A stretch of 63,443 nt of DNA, the filler included, from Octopus bimaculoides (lineage: Eukaryota), in NCBI RefSeq assembly GCF_001194135.2. It is 6 parts of 5 records of this genome, joined end to end, with 100 filler letters (N's around TTAATTAATTAA, not from the genome) between each part and the next. Parts side by side here need not be neighbours in the genome. Positions count along the whole stretch, not along the records: positions 24,970 to 42,412 come from NC_068983.1; positions 42,513 to 57,162 come from NC_068983.1; 4 more parts are not named here. One strand, 5' to 3'. The notes beneath the pieces are model-generated. The model ran no database searches. It saw only the letters and a program-made list of their open reading frames with translations, and had not been told where the DNA came from. Below, one piece after another: positions 39,380 to 51,853 of the stretch (positions are counted from its first letter, which is position 1; the number at the start of each line of letters is the position of its first letter). The translations under genes were made by a program, and so were the position numbers.

Positions 39380-39600
39380 TCAGAGTATTAAACCTCGAAA
39401 TATAAGATATATGAATGTGAAAGAAAAGTACTTAACAATACAAGTACTTAGGTTATCTTATTAGCATCACAACAACATGGCATGACTATACAGAATATTT
39501 AATTTTAGGCAATGGAAACGGTTCTCCAAAGAGTCAAATAGCACGTTGTGATAGCTAGGAAATTATTTAAACGTAGATCGTGAACATGCCTATTCTAGAG
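39380..39600 (+). mobile_element. Possible decayed LINE RT fragment
   Basis: QYKYLGYLIS at about 39437-39466. Confidence 0.3.
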
Positions 39601-40706
39601 CTTTCAACGATAATAGCGTTCAACTTCTGAAACAAGCAAAGACATAGATAGTGTTTTCATATACCATTTTTACAACTATCACAATTTATTGTATCATCTA
39701 GATGTTTTGCATGCAATCAATGCCTCCCACGTTGAAAATTTCTGATATTTCTAAAACAAAGCTTCGTTTTCCCAATACACTTTGCTCAGTTATCCTTATT
39801 TTTCAAGTTATTTTTTCTGAATAGTTCAAATTCAAACGGGAATTTATGGACACACTATTAGCCTAACATTAATTTCATTCCCCTCGCGTTATATATTCAA
39901 TATATTAGGAGACTGATAAAAATAATGTTATAAATATCACGAGTGTTGTAAACCATTAAGACTATACAAGATATTTATGTCGATAGAGAATCGAAAGCGA
40001 ATCACGATGTCGATCCGCTACATAATTCGTGCGTAACACGTTTCTGAGCCTGTTTCTCCTTGTATAAGAAAGCAATAACACTGTACTTATATAATGAAGT
40101 AGCTGTATGCATGGAATAACATAATCTTGTGTTTGGCGATGTATTAAACAAAGTATTGATTAAACGTACTGTCGAATTATGTAATAATAGCAAATTCTAT
40201 TGATCCTGGTCACCGTCCATCTTTTATTGTTCTAAATTGCACAAACCATAATGTTGACACAACAATAATCAACTTCTGATGTTTTCACACGAGATTTTGC
40301 GGTGGCAATATATCAATATTATGTGCAGTGGGATATCAAACAAATTTAACGTATTAAAATTCAGCGTCAGTGGAAATGATTTAATCTCCACGACTGTATG
40401 GTGTGCTATGTTGCTATTGTATTGCACACGGGTAACAATCGAATGTTGAATAATCTATTGTGAAAATAGATTCGTGCTGTGGGAACCGAAAAATATTTTG
40501 TACATATGGTCATTAAGATATACGAATAAAAATATATAAAGAATTTATAGTCGGAGGTGTAGAATGTTAAAGACAAAATATTTACGATTGAAGGATTGAA
40601 GATATGATGATGAGATTGATAACTTTATCATGGATTATGTAGGCGTGATAGATGTATTCAAAGCAGGAATAGATATTCGAATTGAATAAGATATACCATT
40701 GAATGC

Positions 40707-40758
<52 letters not shown>

Positions 40759-41261
40759 TGTATATGTGTGCGGTACATATTTATACATATTGAAGTTCAT
40801 AACTTATATATTAAAGTTTTGTATTAGCAACTGTAACTGTTGTCAAAGCTAAATTTTTCTCTCTCTCTCTAAATGTGTGTGGGTGTCTGGACATCTAGCG
40901 GGACTAAAACCAAGGCTTGTCGAAGGGCAGTTGAGATCCGGTGGGCCAGCATTCATCCAGTTGCTGAAGGCGTTGACAAACCACCCCAATATCTTCAAGA
41001 AGGTACAACTAGTAAGTCAGGACGAAGTTATAATATGGTTTCATTCGATAGGAGAACTCGTTCTTATTCAGGATGTCTTTTGTTGTAGTATCAACAACGC
41101 GAACGATACACGACGATGACACACACACAAGCACACACACACACGCACACACACACACACACACATGCACCCCCCCCCACGCACACACGCACATACGCAC
41201 ACACACATATATATATATCGACTTGTGTGTGTGTGTAAACCTCACTTCCAGTATAGGCACA

Positions 41262-41665
41262 AGTACCTGAAATCTTTAGGCTAGTCGATTACAGCGATTG
41301 GAGTGTTCACCTGCTATTTTTTTTAATCAACCCCGAAAGCGAGAAATGTAATTTCAACCTCAGCAGAATTTGAATTCGGAAAGTAAAGACGGACAATATT
41401 CTACTAGACCTATGTCTGGCGTACTAATGATTCTGCTAGCTCACCGCCTTCCAGGACTGTTCAATAATCCTTTCTACTAAAGGTACAAGGCCTGAGTGTT
41501 AGTGGAACTGGACTAGTCGATTACATCGACCCCAGTGTTTCAATGGTACTTAATCTATAAAAGGCAAAGCCGACCACAGCAGAATTTGAACACAGAACTT
41601 AAAGACGTGCGAAATATCGCTAAGCATTCCGTCCAGCGTCCTAACAATTCTGCCACATCACTGCT
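41262..41665 (-). repeat. Two tandem diverged SINE C copies
   Basis: Two successive units, each ending in ...ttctgc(t/c)a, homologous to 27064-27278. Confidence 0.7.
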
Positions 41666-42134
41666 TTACGTCTGTTTAATAAGCCATAAAATGCTGGTTT
41701 TTCAATTCTGCAGTCTTTCGTATTGGGTATTGGCGAAAAAGAATAAAAGAGAGTTCCAGAGACAGTTAACGTTAAAGTTTGATGAATGAATGTACGTACG
41801 AGGCTGGTTGGCAGACAATGTGGAAAAGAACGCTACACAGGCGCTGCAAAAGAGAAAGAACCATAGGGGAAGACGAGGCAGGTTTCTGTTGATAAGATTT
41901 AGAAAATAAATAACTTAGTACAATTATACAAACGTGATGTGTTTCCTATGATTTTATTTTAAGATAATGGATGATTTTTCTTTTGAAATTGAACATTAAT
42001 TTCCTCGTTATTTTGTATAAAGTACCAAGGAGTTTGATAAAATATACTTTCAAATTTACCTGTCAGAAGAGAGACAACACTCTAACATTTTTATGTGTCA
42101 TAGTTAATATCAATTTCACAATATGTATTTATGA

Positions 42135-42208
<74 letters not shown>

Positions 42209-42897
42209 GACTACACCGGGGAAGTTTAACATGTGAGAACGATAAATCACTGCTCCGAAACTTATCCAAAAACATCGGAAATAAAGACATCGCATTGAGC
42301 CAAAAAATAGCTGACAAGGGGCTGGATTATATCCGAGTAAGTAATACTCATTGAAATTTATTTCTATCTTTCCAAATATAATGATGTATTTTAACTTGAT
42401 ACCTCCACTACCNNNNNNNNNNNNNNNNNNNNNNNNNNNNNNNNNNNNNNNNNNNNTTAATTAATTAANNNNNNNNNNNNNNNNNNNNNNNNNNNNNNNN
42501 NNNNNNNNNNNNAAATGACGAAGCCACTTTGAACATGATTCTATGGAACAGTAAAAAATTTTATAAGCAGAGAGTTACTTACGTTTCTTTCATAAATAAA
42601 AGTGATTTTATTTTACAAATTGTGACATTAAGGACCGAGGTTACCGTGGTCTTTTCCGTAGGTTTTTCTTTATTGGGAAATTTTTGTAATATTTTCATTT
42701 TTTTGTACATACCCCAAACGTTTTCTCGATGCCTTTTCATTGTTATCCCCATTTTAATTTTTTTAACTTTATTTTCGTCCCCATCGGAAAGAAAAAACTC
42801 TACATTGTATTTGTCCCATCTATGTTGAGCCCTGTGTGGCTAATAAAAGAAATCTATCTATCTATCTATCTATGTAATTGTATACACATACATGTAT

Positions 42898-43044
42898 AAT
42901 AGGTGCAAGCATGGCTGTGTGGTAAGAAGTTTGCTTCCTAACCACATGGTCTCACTGTATGGTACCTTGGGCAAGTGTCTTCTACAGCGTCAGGTTGACC
43001 AAGGCCTTGTGAGTGGATTTGGTAGACAGAATCTGAAAGAAGCC

Positions 43045-43114
<70 letters not shown>

Positions 43115-43195
43115 CTATGTATCTATGTGTGTGTCTGTCTTTGCCCCCCACCATCACTGATTGACAACTGGTGTTGGTGTGTTTATGTCCCAAAG
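42898..43195 (+). repeat. SINE B 5' two-thirds
   Basis: catggctgtgtggtaagaagtttgcttcctaaccacatgg...(TA)n(TG)n...ttgccccccacc. Confidence 0.85.
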
Positions 43196-44758
43196 CTTGA
43201 GATGAAAATTGTATAGAGAGAAACTGTGAAAGCCTGTTGGGTAGATTGTTCCTTATCTTATGTGGTCAACTTTATCTGTCAGCTGTTTTAAAGCCACCAC
43301 CTACCCCTTAGGTGCTTTTTGAAGAGTCCACTCTATTGCAGACACTTGGAGATTTAGGTATGAGGCTAAGTTCCTCCTACCAATCCTGAAAACCTTGAGA
43401 AGTATCATGAGTTACTGCCCTTACTCTGATAAACGCAAAAACGAAACCAACACAACAGCAGTAGCAACAAAACACTAAGGCATCTCTCTGCATAGATAAT
43501 TTCTTTTTCACACGTGGTTTAACTAGCTAGGAGAAATATATTTATCTAAGTTGTACTGAAATAGTGGTGAAATATATATATATTTTTTCTTTTGGTTGAG
43601 AAATACCTGTTCTTATTAAGAATTTCTCTCACTGTTAAATAACACAAATGATAACATCTATGGCTGTACATCCTGTTACAGCCCCAAGCTGTATCAGATA
43701 CAGTTCATCATAAATTTATGACTCTTGACTAAAATCTAATAAATTAAGACTGTAATTCACCCTTTCTACTTAATCTCTGTTCTCCTTCTTATAGTGAAGA
43801 TGATATTGCTAAGTCAGTATTTAGAGATAATAACTTTCTGCATAATCTGATTAACTAAGGGATTGACTTGTATGATGCCAATTCACAAGGCTTTCTTTCA
43901 GAAATTATATCCCTGCAAATCTTGTAACTTCCTCTGCATTTTTATCTTTAATCACTTTATTCATCTTTTGCTTGATTTTTTTTTTTTACAATAGGCTTAT
44001 CTGTTAGCTTAATTAGATGTAGGCATTCTGTTACATTCATCCTCTTTGTTTAGCAATATCTTCTATTATAACTATCATTCCTCTTCCTCTACCAAAAACA
44101 TTGTATATGTAGCAGTTTTTGTAGTTACTTGCTACCTTCTTGCTTCCAGGCATGCTGTTTATCTTTCATAGTTTCATCTACCACACTAATCAACTATTAT
44201 ATCTACTGCTCACTGCAGCATCCTCAGAATTGATACCTTAGTTGTTATTTAGTCCTAGATCAGATTTGATAGGGCAGAGTTATGATTGCTGGCATTCAGT
44301 CATGACCGTTTTAATATTTTTTTAAAATATCAGCTCAATAATGACAAAGCTATTTTACTAAATGCTTCATTATTTTTTTAATTAATTAAAACAAAAGCAG
44401 TGTGTTTCAACAGAAAACAAGACTAAAATGAAAGGATTAAAATATTCAACATATTAGATATTTCTATCATTCTATATTTCTGGTAATGTAAAACCAGACC
44501 AGACCAGACACTTATAAAAATTGATTCTACTGCTCACATCAACATATCAATCAACAAATAAACTGTGATTAGGTTTATTTTACCAAAAATATATATTTCT
44601 ATATACCTTGTAACTGTCTATATATCTCCACTCATAGTAGATTGTTCCTTTTTGGGTTAAATAACCATTGAAAGATTGTATAGTTTATTATTAAATACAA
44701 CACATATGTTCTTTTTTAACTTTATTTGATATCAGTAAAATATATATTAAATGAATGA

Positions 44759-44796
<38 letters not shown>

Positions 44797-45773
44797 GTTC
44801 TATTAAGACATTACAGAAAATATTTTCATGAACTTATTACAAATGCTGTTCATTATCAAACTAAAAAATATCTTTAATAACTTCACGACCATCCACATAT
44901 TCACTTTATAACTCAAATAAATGTTGTGGTAATCTGCTATTAGTGTTGCTTGCAGAGGGAAATTTCATTTTATAGGCAATAATACTTATTATAATAAATT
45001 TACAAGCCATAACAAAAATACTATAGCAAATTTTTGTTTTTGAAACATGGAAAGAAAGCAAATTTTAGGTTTTGTAGCAAGTTTGAAGTATATGATATTT
45101 TTTTGATAAGTTTCTAGAATTTGCTTTAAAAGAACATCTTCATGCAAAACTCTACAAAGGCGTTTCCTTTGTTTTATATTCAGAACACACAAAAAAAAAA
45201 TATGAAAATTTATCTTGGAATTTTTAGTACCAAAATATTGCATTGCTTTTATGAATTGTTTACAAGTTCTACAGTAAACAGTAATACCTGAAAAAAGCAA
45301 GAATTTATTTCAGAAAAAGTAAAAATTTATTTCAGATTAAATGAGATTTTAATATAAATATATTGTCTTGATTACTTTTGTTAGAAGTACAAATCTGCTC
45401 ATAGATTTATTTATTTTTTTTTTAGTTATAGAGCAAATATTTTTCAAGTCAGCCCTATGTTACAAATTTATGCTTTTCTCATTTCCATGACACAAGCAAA
45501 AGGCAGAGACCTTGCAAGAACACAGAAAGCAAAGTACTACATCAAAGTCATAGTAATATGAAAAATTATTTTAATTAGCTGCATTGCTTTTTCATTTTTT
45601 AAAATTTCATTTTTAATTTATTGTTTCCATCAGTAATTCATTTTTAAAGTTCAAATACATATAGAACTACAGCAAAAGACTATAATACAACATAAGGGTT
45701 GTTTTGAAAAGCCCATAACAGCTGCACTTTTGAAATTGTAACATCTGTAACAAGATATACACATCAAAATAAA

Positions 45774-45848
<75 letters not shown>

Positions 45849-47337
45849 AATATTTGTTTTTATATTATAATAAAAACAATTTCACATTAAACTGAACAAT
45901 TATTCAATAGATTTGGTAGAGTACAAATTTATTATTATTTATTATTATTCTTAAACAAGAATACTATTGATAGTGACTTTGAAGTTTCAGCTAGCTAAGC
46001 CATCACTGGACTGTCTAATGATGGCTTAGTTGGGCAAAACTTTGAAATCACTATCTATACTACTTTTGTTAAAGAATAATATATGTGTGTATGTGTGTGG
46101 TTCATCAAACACTGAATGGAACTGAAAAACCAACAATGGAAAAACAGAAAGAACATCAATGAAAATATTTCAATGCATGGCAGCACAAAAGTCTGCCAGT
46201 TTTAAGTTACAAGTACCATGCTCAGTATCATAAAATATTCTTTATGGAAATTTGAAATTTATTTAGATATTAAGGACATTTAAGATGATCTTTAAATATC
46301 AAGATGTTATTGAATTTTTGCTTGAAAAAAAAAAAAGAAAAAAATCACTGCATGCTCTTTCAATTAATTTTGCAGAAAAATTTCAAAAAATAAATAAATT
46401 AGCTCTAATTACTGGAGAAGCTCATTTAACCATCAACTAAGTTATTTCAGACCAAGTAATTCAAACATCAAGCAAATAGAGAACATATCAGAGATGTATC
46501 AAAAGTGGACGACAGAAATTAATAAATTATATAAAATGCTTAAAGTTTTCAATAAACTTGTTTTAGGCAGTTGCTTGTAGCCATGCTNNNNNNNNNNNNN
46601 NNNNNNNNNNNNNNNNNNNNNNNNNNNNNNNNNNNNNNNNNNNNNNNNNNNNNNNNNNNNNNNNNNNNNNNNNNNNNNNNNNNNNNNNNNNNNNNNNNNN
46701 NNNNNNNNNNNNNNNNNNNNNNNNNNNNNNNNNNNNNNNNNNNNNNNNNNNNNNNNNNNNNNNNNNNNNNNNNNNNNNNNNNNNNNNNNNNNNNNNNNNN
46801 NNNNNNNNNNNNNNNNNNNNNNNNNNNNNNNNNNNNNNNNNNNNNNNNNNNNNNNNNNNNNNNNNNNNNNNNNNNNNNNNNNNNNNNNNNNNNNNNNNNN
46901 NNNNNNNNNNNNNNNNNNNNNNNNNNNNNNNNNNNNNNNNNNNNNNNNNNNNNNNNNNNNNNNNNNNNNNNNNNNNNNNNNNNNNNNNNNNNNNNNNNNN
47001 NNNNNNNNNNNNNNNNNNNNNNNNNNNNNNNNNNNNNNNNNNNNNNNNNNNNNNNNNNNNNNNNNNNNNNNNNNNNNNNNNNNNNNNNNNNNNNNNNNNN
47101 NNNNNNNNNNNNNNNNNNNNNNNNNNNNNNNNNNNNNNNNNNNNNNNNNNNNNNNNNNNNNNNNNNNNNNNNNNNNNNNNNNNNNNNNNNNNNNNNNNNN
47201 NNNNNNNNNNNNNNNNNNNNNNNNNNNNNNNNNNNNNNNNNNNNNNNNNNNNNNNNNNNNNNTTTATTTCAACTTACTGGATTGAATATTTTTTCCCCCT
47301 TTTCCGAAAAAGTATATTGAAACAAAATGGAAATCCA

Positions 47338-47510
47338 TTACAAAAGCGCTGTAATGGCAGCTAAAATTTGACTACATTCATAGCTCTGACCAGGTTTCAG
47401 GACAATATCTTTGTTTACTCTTCCAGCTTCAACACAAACAAATTTCATATAATCACTATCACAAAGGTCCAGCATTGCTTTTGCTTTCTCTCTCCATGGA
47501 TTCCAAATAA
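47338..47510 (-). CDS. Glucose-6-phosphate 1-epimerase-like terminal exon: (V)IWNPWREKAKAMLDLCDSDYMKFVCVEAGRVNKDIVLKPGQSYECSQILAAITALL*
   Basis: Acceptor atgtttttag, phase 1, stop TAA at 47338-47340. The WNPW-x-EKAKAM-x-D...CVEAG...L-x-PG signature identifies the hexose-6-phosphate mutarotase family (yeast YMR099C, E. coli YeaD), including the catalytic Glu. Confidence 0.92.
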
Positions 47511-48789
47511 CTAAAAACATATACAAATAAATTTTAAAATATATTAATAAAAAAAGCCCTTAAATTTTAATTAATCTATTCAAAGTAAGCGTAAACAAAT
47601 ACATTCATCATTATAAAAAAAAAGCAAATTTCTTCACTGACGAACTTGACTTTAATCTTATTAGAGTAGTCCCCCTTCTCATTGGCATCTCCTTATGTGC
47701 AAGCCCTCTTTATTTCCAACATAAGCAACAGCGTATACAATCCTGTGCCTATCACAACAGTCTCTGTTTCCTTTTTGCTAATGAACCACATCCGTTATTT
47801 AATTTCATTCTTAACAGTCCTCTGTTTGCTTACTTATAATCAATACTTAGTAATAAGTGATGGGTTTAAAACCTCATTATGCTTCGTTCTCTTAGAATAT
47901 ACGAAAATTAGAAAAAGCACTCTGTATACTGTAGATCTTCAAACCAAACGCTTGGTCCGAATGCTTCAGAATGGAGTTTTGCTATAGGCACCCAAGGGCC
48001 TAGTGGTGTTAAATTAGGTGACATATTAAGACTACTGCCATCATATATACCCCTGGCTGCGTTTTCGCAACACAAAACATGCTCTTGCTTGTTTGGACAT
48101 GAACACGCCCGGAAGTATCAGACTGAGCATACAAAATGTTCAGTAGGTAGTCGACACCCGTAGCTAACGATTGCAAACTATCCTTCTCTTCCAAGTTGTG
48201 AAAGCTTACCATAACGTTTAGTCTAAATACAGTGAAATTTTAAGACTTCATTTTTTTTCTGGGCGTATATGGGTTTTAAGAAGTGAAACATTGAAAAAGA
48301 TGAGAAGAATTAGAATAGGAATGTTAGATCTACTGTAAGTTGAGAGAATTTTGTATTGGTTCCTGTTTGTAAAAGAACTAACAACATTAGTGATTTAAGA
48401 AGTGAGGAGACTTTAGACCAAGTAGAAAAATCAAATTTCAAAACAAGTCACTGAGGGGCCCTCAATACAGATGCTCATTTGGTAGAAATAACAATTAACT
48501 AACTCTCAAACTACACCCTACCATCCTAGAAATGGATAGAAATATTAGTTAAAGTAGTCCTAGATATACAATATCTGAAAGAAAAATGAAACAATCATGG
48601 CTGGAATGCCTTGATAACAGATCTTCTCAACTAGAGTTGTCCCAGAGTTAATTAGCAACAGTTAAAGTTCTTAAAACTCATTCATAATAATATAATAGAA
48701 AAAAAAAGTATTAAACAAATAATAATGAAATTTATGAATGATCTATAGGTTTTTTTTATTAGTTAGGTCTGGAGGAAGATGTGCCCATG

Positions 48790-49097
48790 GACTTCACAAG
48801 TCTCTTAGATTGGTGAAGTTGATGACAACTACAGGAAAAATATGTGTAGGGAAGGAATTCACAAAAGATGATGTCTTAAGGAGGAAAGACCAGGCATAGT
48901 CATTACTATAAAGTCTGGTGTAATGAGTACAATGTAGGTAATGAGGGAAAAAGTGATTGAAGTTGAAATGTTTGAGTGTTGAATGGCATGTGACTGTCAA
49001 ACTCTGAGGTTTAGAGAACATAGCAATAGTGGTAGAAAAGCAGAGAAAGAAGACAATATGTTTGTGGATCAGAGACTGGTCAAGCAGCTTTTCTCTT

Positions 49098-49152
<55 letters not shown>

Positions 49153-49990
49153 TGACAGCAACCGTGGCAACTTTCCAGATGTATGAGAAGTAATCCATTC
49201 TAGATCTCACCAGAGTTTTGTAGAGGGTTAGGGGACTGACATATTTTCTGGTCTTGAAGAAAAGGAGTAGTTCTTGACTTGCAGTCTTAGCAATGTTAAT
49301 GATGAGCATTCACCAAGAAAGATCCTCAGTGATGGACATATCCACAGTAAAGTGGTTAGCATTTGGAAGGACATCCAGCTGCAAAAACCATGCCAAAACT
49401 GACTTCACTTGTGCCAGTACTATATAAAAAGCACTCAGTCAACTCTGCAGGGTGGTTGGTGTTAGGAAGGGCATCCAGCCATAAAAACCATGCCAAAACA
49501 GACACAGAAGTCTGGTGCAGTCTTCTGCCTGGTCAGCTCCTGTCAAAACCGTCCAACCCATGCCAACATGGACATTTGAAGTGAACATAGGAGCTCTAGA
49601 TGCATGTTGGTCATATTTAAAGCCATGTGTGGTGGGATAATAAAATGCAGTGATTTTCTTGACAGGTGCAGTACTTGTTTTTTTTTTTCCTTGCTGTAGG
49701 AGACAATATGGGCATGACACCATAGGGTGCTTTTGAGGTCCCTGTTCATAGAATCAGTACAGATAAGGTATGAGATATCTAGGTTGCATTTGGATGAGAC
49801 TTGGGTGTGGGAGATTAAGAAGGAATGAAAGGTGGTATATGCATAATAGTGGCTGTTGTTAGAGATGCTTGCAAAAAGGTCACTGATGCACAGCAGGAAG
49901 AGTATGGAGGACAAAACTGAAACTTAGGGCTGCTTGAAAACTGACAGAGTGTATGTTAGAAGTAGGCTTATCAGTATAGGTTGTGAAAGT
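48790..49990 (-). mobile_element. CR1/L2-like LINE RT remnant interrupted by (CA)n and an RTE-tail repeat
   Basis: IINIAKTASQELLLFFKTRKYVSPLTLYKTLVRSRMDYFSYIW (LYK-x-x-VR-x-x-x-(D/E)Y...W motif). Confidence 0.65.
49320..49590 (+). repeat. RTE 3'-UTR-derived repeat
   Basis: ggaagggcatccagcc...ccgtccaacccatgccaacatgg is the reverse complement of 55965-56090. Confidence 0.75.
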
Positions 49991-50202
49991 AAGATCTGAC
50001 AGGAAGCTGCTGATCTTAGACAACTTGAAATAAAAAATATTTCTGTAGTCAACTGAATGAATTTATTAGAATATTTAGTAAGAATTGATATTACAGTTTT
50101 CTTGAAAGAGGCAAGATTAAAGCCCCAATGATTGAAAAATGGAATTTTATCATTATTATTTCTTCATTAAATCATATAAGAACTAAACAAAAAATTCCTT
50201 AC

Positions 50203-50294
50203 CAATATCAGGGAAATTGAATGTTTTCAGCATTAGACTTCTATTGCCAGCCATATTGCCTACTACTATTTCATTTGGGGCATCCATATAAATT
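50203..50294 (-). CDS. Glucose-6-phosphate 1-epimerase-like exon: IYMDAPNEIVVGNMAGNRSLMLKTFNFPDI(V)
   Basis: Acceptor ttcattctttacag, donor TTG|gtaagg, 92 nt (phase 2 to 1). Completes DRIY and supplies NFPD before VxWNPW. Confidence 0.9.
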
Positions 50295-51239
50295 CTGTAA
50301 AGAATGAAATGGTGTTAATATGTTATTTTGATAAAATTTTACAATAAACTTATGTATTGATTTTCAACAAGTTAAGCTGCAGTTTGAGATACTAGATTTT
50401 ACTTCAAGAATTTGCTCTTATTCCTAATATTTTACTGCTCTTGTTTAATAGAAAGCTTATTTTAGCAGTATTTATTAATACTAACACTGGTGGGTGGATA
50501 GGTATTTTAATACAAATATGACAAAATAGTATCAAATGTAAGAAATTCATTTCTACCAAGAGTAAGATTTTAGCAAGCAGATATAGTTACATTGAACTAA
50601 TGAGGGAGTTTCTATATAGTCACTTGACCAGTTAGAAATAGCAACCAAATTTCTATAAATCACATTCTAATGTCTCTAAAAGGAAGGACATATTAGATTA
50701 TGTACTCATTAATAGATTTAAAAAGATGGGTTAGTCATGTGGGTGAAATATTTTTATCACAACTTTGCTCAATCAGGGATGAGCTGGGACTAAATAATAC
50801 TTGCACTGTCTATATGGCAGCCAGATTTAGACAATATTAGGTAGTCTCAAGCCTTCTCAATCCCTTAGTTATTGTCTTAAGAATGGTATTTTTGTCTTTT
50901 GCTCATCACTTTAAACACATACGAGCCATCAAGGAGGCTTCTAGGCAGTAGTATGACAGTTACAAAAAGCACCTAAATCTCTCTCATATCATCTTAAAAG
51001 GAGGAAACATTGGGAAATGTGTTCCAGGGTGTACACTGTCTGAAAAAAAGATGTGTTGGTCAGTGCTGGAATAACTGATCATATTCTAGTGCTGAAATGA
51101 CTGATCAAGGTGGTTATAGTGAGAGTCTAGCAAGGTGAATGACAATAACTAAACACATGTTTGAAGTTCAAATAATTTGAAGAAGAATTTGGAATTGTAA
51201 GTAAAAATAAATTTCTTACTAGAGAATAATATTAATTTC

Positions 51240-51448
51240 TAATTTTGGCACAAGGCCAGCAATTTTGAGGGAGGGGATAATTTGATTACATTGATCCCAG
51301 CACTCAACTGGTACTTACTTTATCAACTCCGAAAGGATGAAAGACAAAGTTGACTTCGATGGAATTTGAATTCAGAATGTAAAGATGGATGAAATGCTGC
51401 TAAACATTTTGCCTGGAGTGCTAATGATTCTGCCAGCTTACCACCTTC
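51240..51448 (-). repeat. SINE C (intronic)
   Basis: ccgaaaggatgaaagacaaagttgac...tgattctgccagcttaccacctt. Confidence 0.8.
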
Positions 51449-51791
51449 TCTTACCAGAGTAATATTAACTGCGAATTTATTGTGTCATATTGGCTGCCAG
51501 TTCACCAGGTTACATGTAGAATTATTTACAAGGCCAATGCAAAATGTTTTGCTTTCTTTAAACTATTATTTAGTTGAAAATATATGTCATCTCATTAGGA
51601 ATGGCATCCTAATATAATAATTCTTGTTAATTGATTTGCAAACATGATCAATATGGAAAAATTCAAGTTACAATCTTTTTTGTCTATAAACAAAGATTTT
51701 GGTTAGTTTGGAAAAAGAACCAAATCACCAAACAAAGAATAGAAATAATAAGATGTTAAATAGAATGTCCTGAATATGATAAAATACTCAC

Positions 51792-51853
51792 CGGTCAATA
51801 TGTTCTCGAACTATGAGTTCTTCTTTTTCCTCAACATCTTCACAGTTATTAAC
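51792..51853 (-). CDS. Glucose-6-phosphate 1-epimerase-like exon: VNNCEDVEEKEELIVREHID(R)
   Basis: Acceptor cttttggcag, donor CCG|gtgagt, 62 nt (phase 0 to 2). Only one frame is open. Matches the E-x-x-DR(V/I)Y segment of the family. Confidence 0.88.

Noticed and set aside
42190-42336. Open frame ending at the strong donor CGA|gtaagt
   Set aside because: It is preceded by (AAT)n rather than a polypyrimidine tract, and the peptide is unrecognised.
44989-45300. 103-aa ORF with acceptor ttgcttttttcag downstream of the epimerase stop
   Set aside because: No recognisable homology and the composition is AT-rich. Likely UTR or intergenic.
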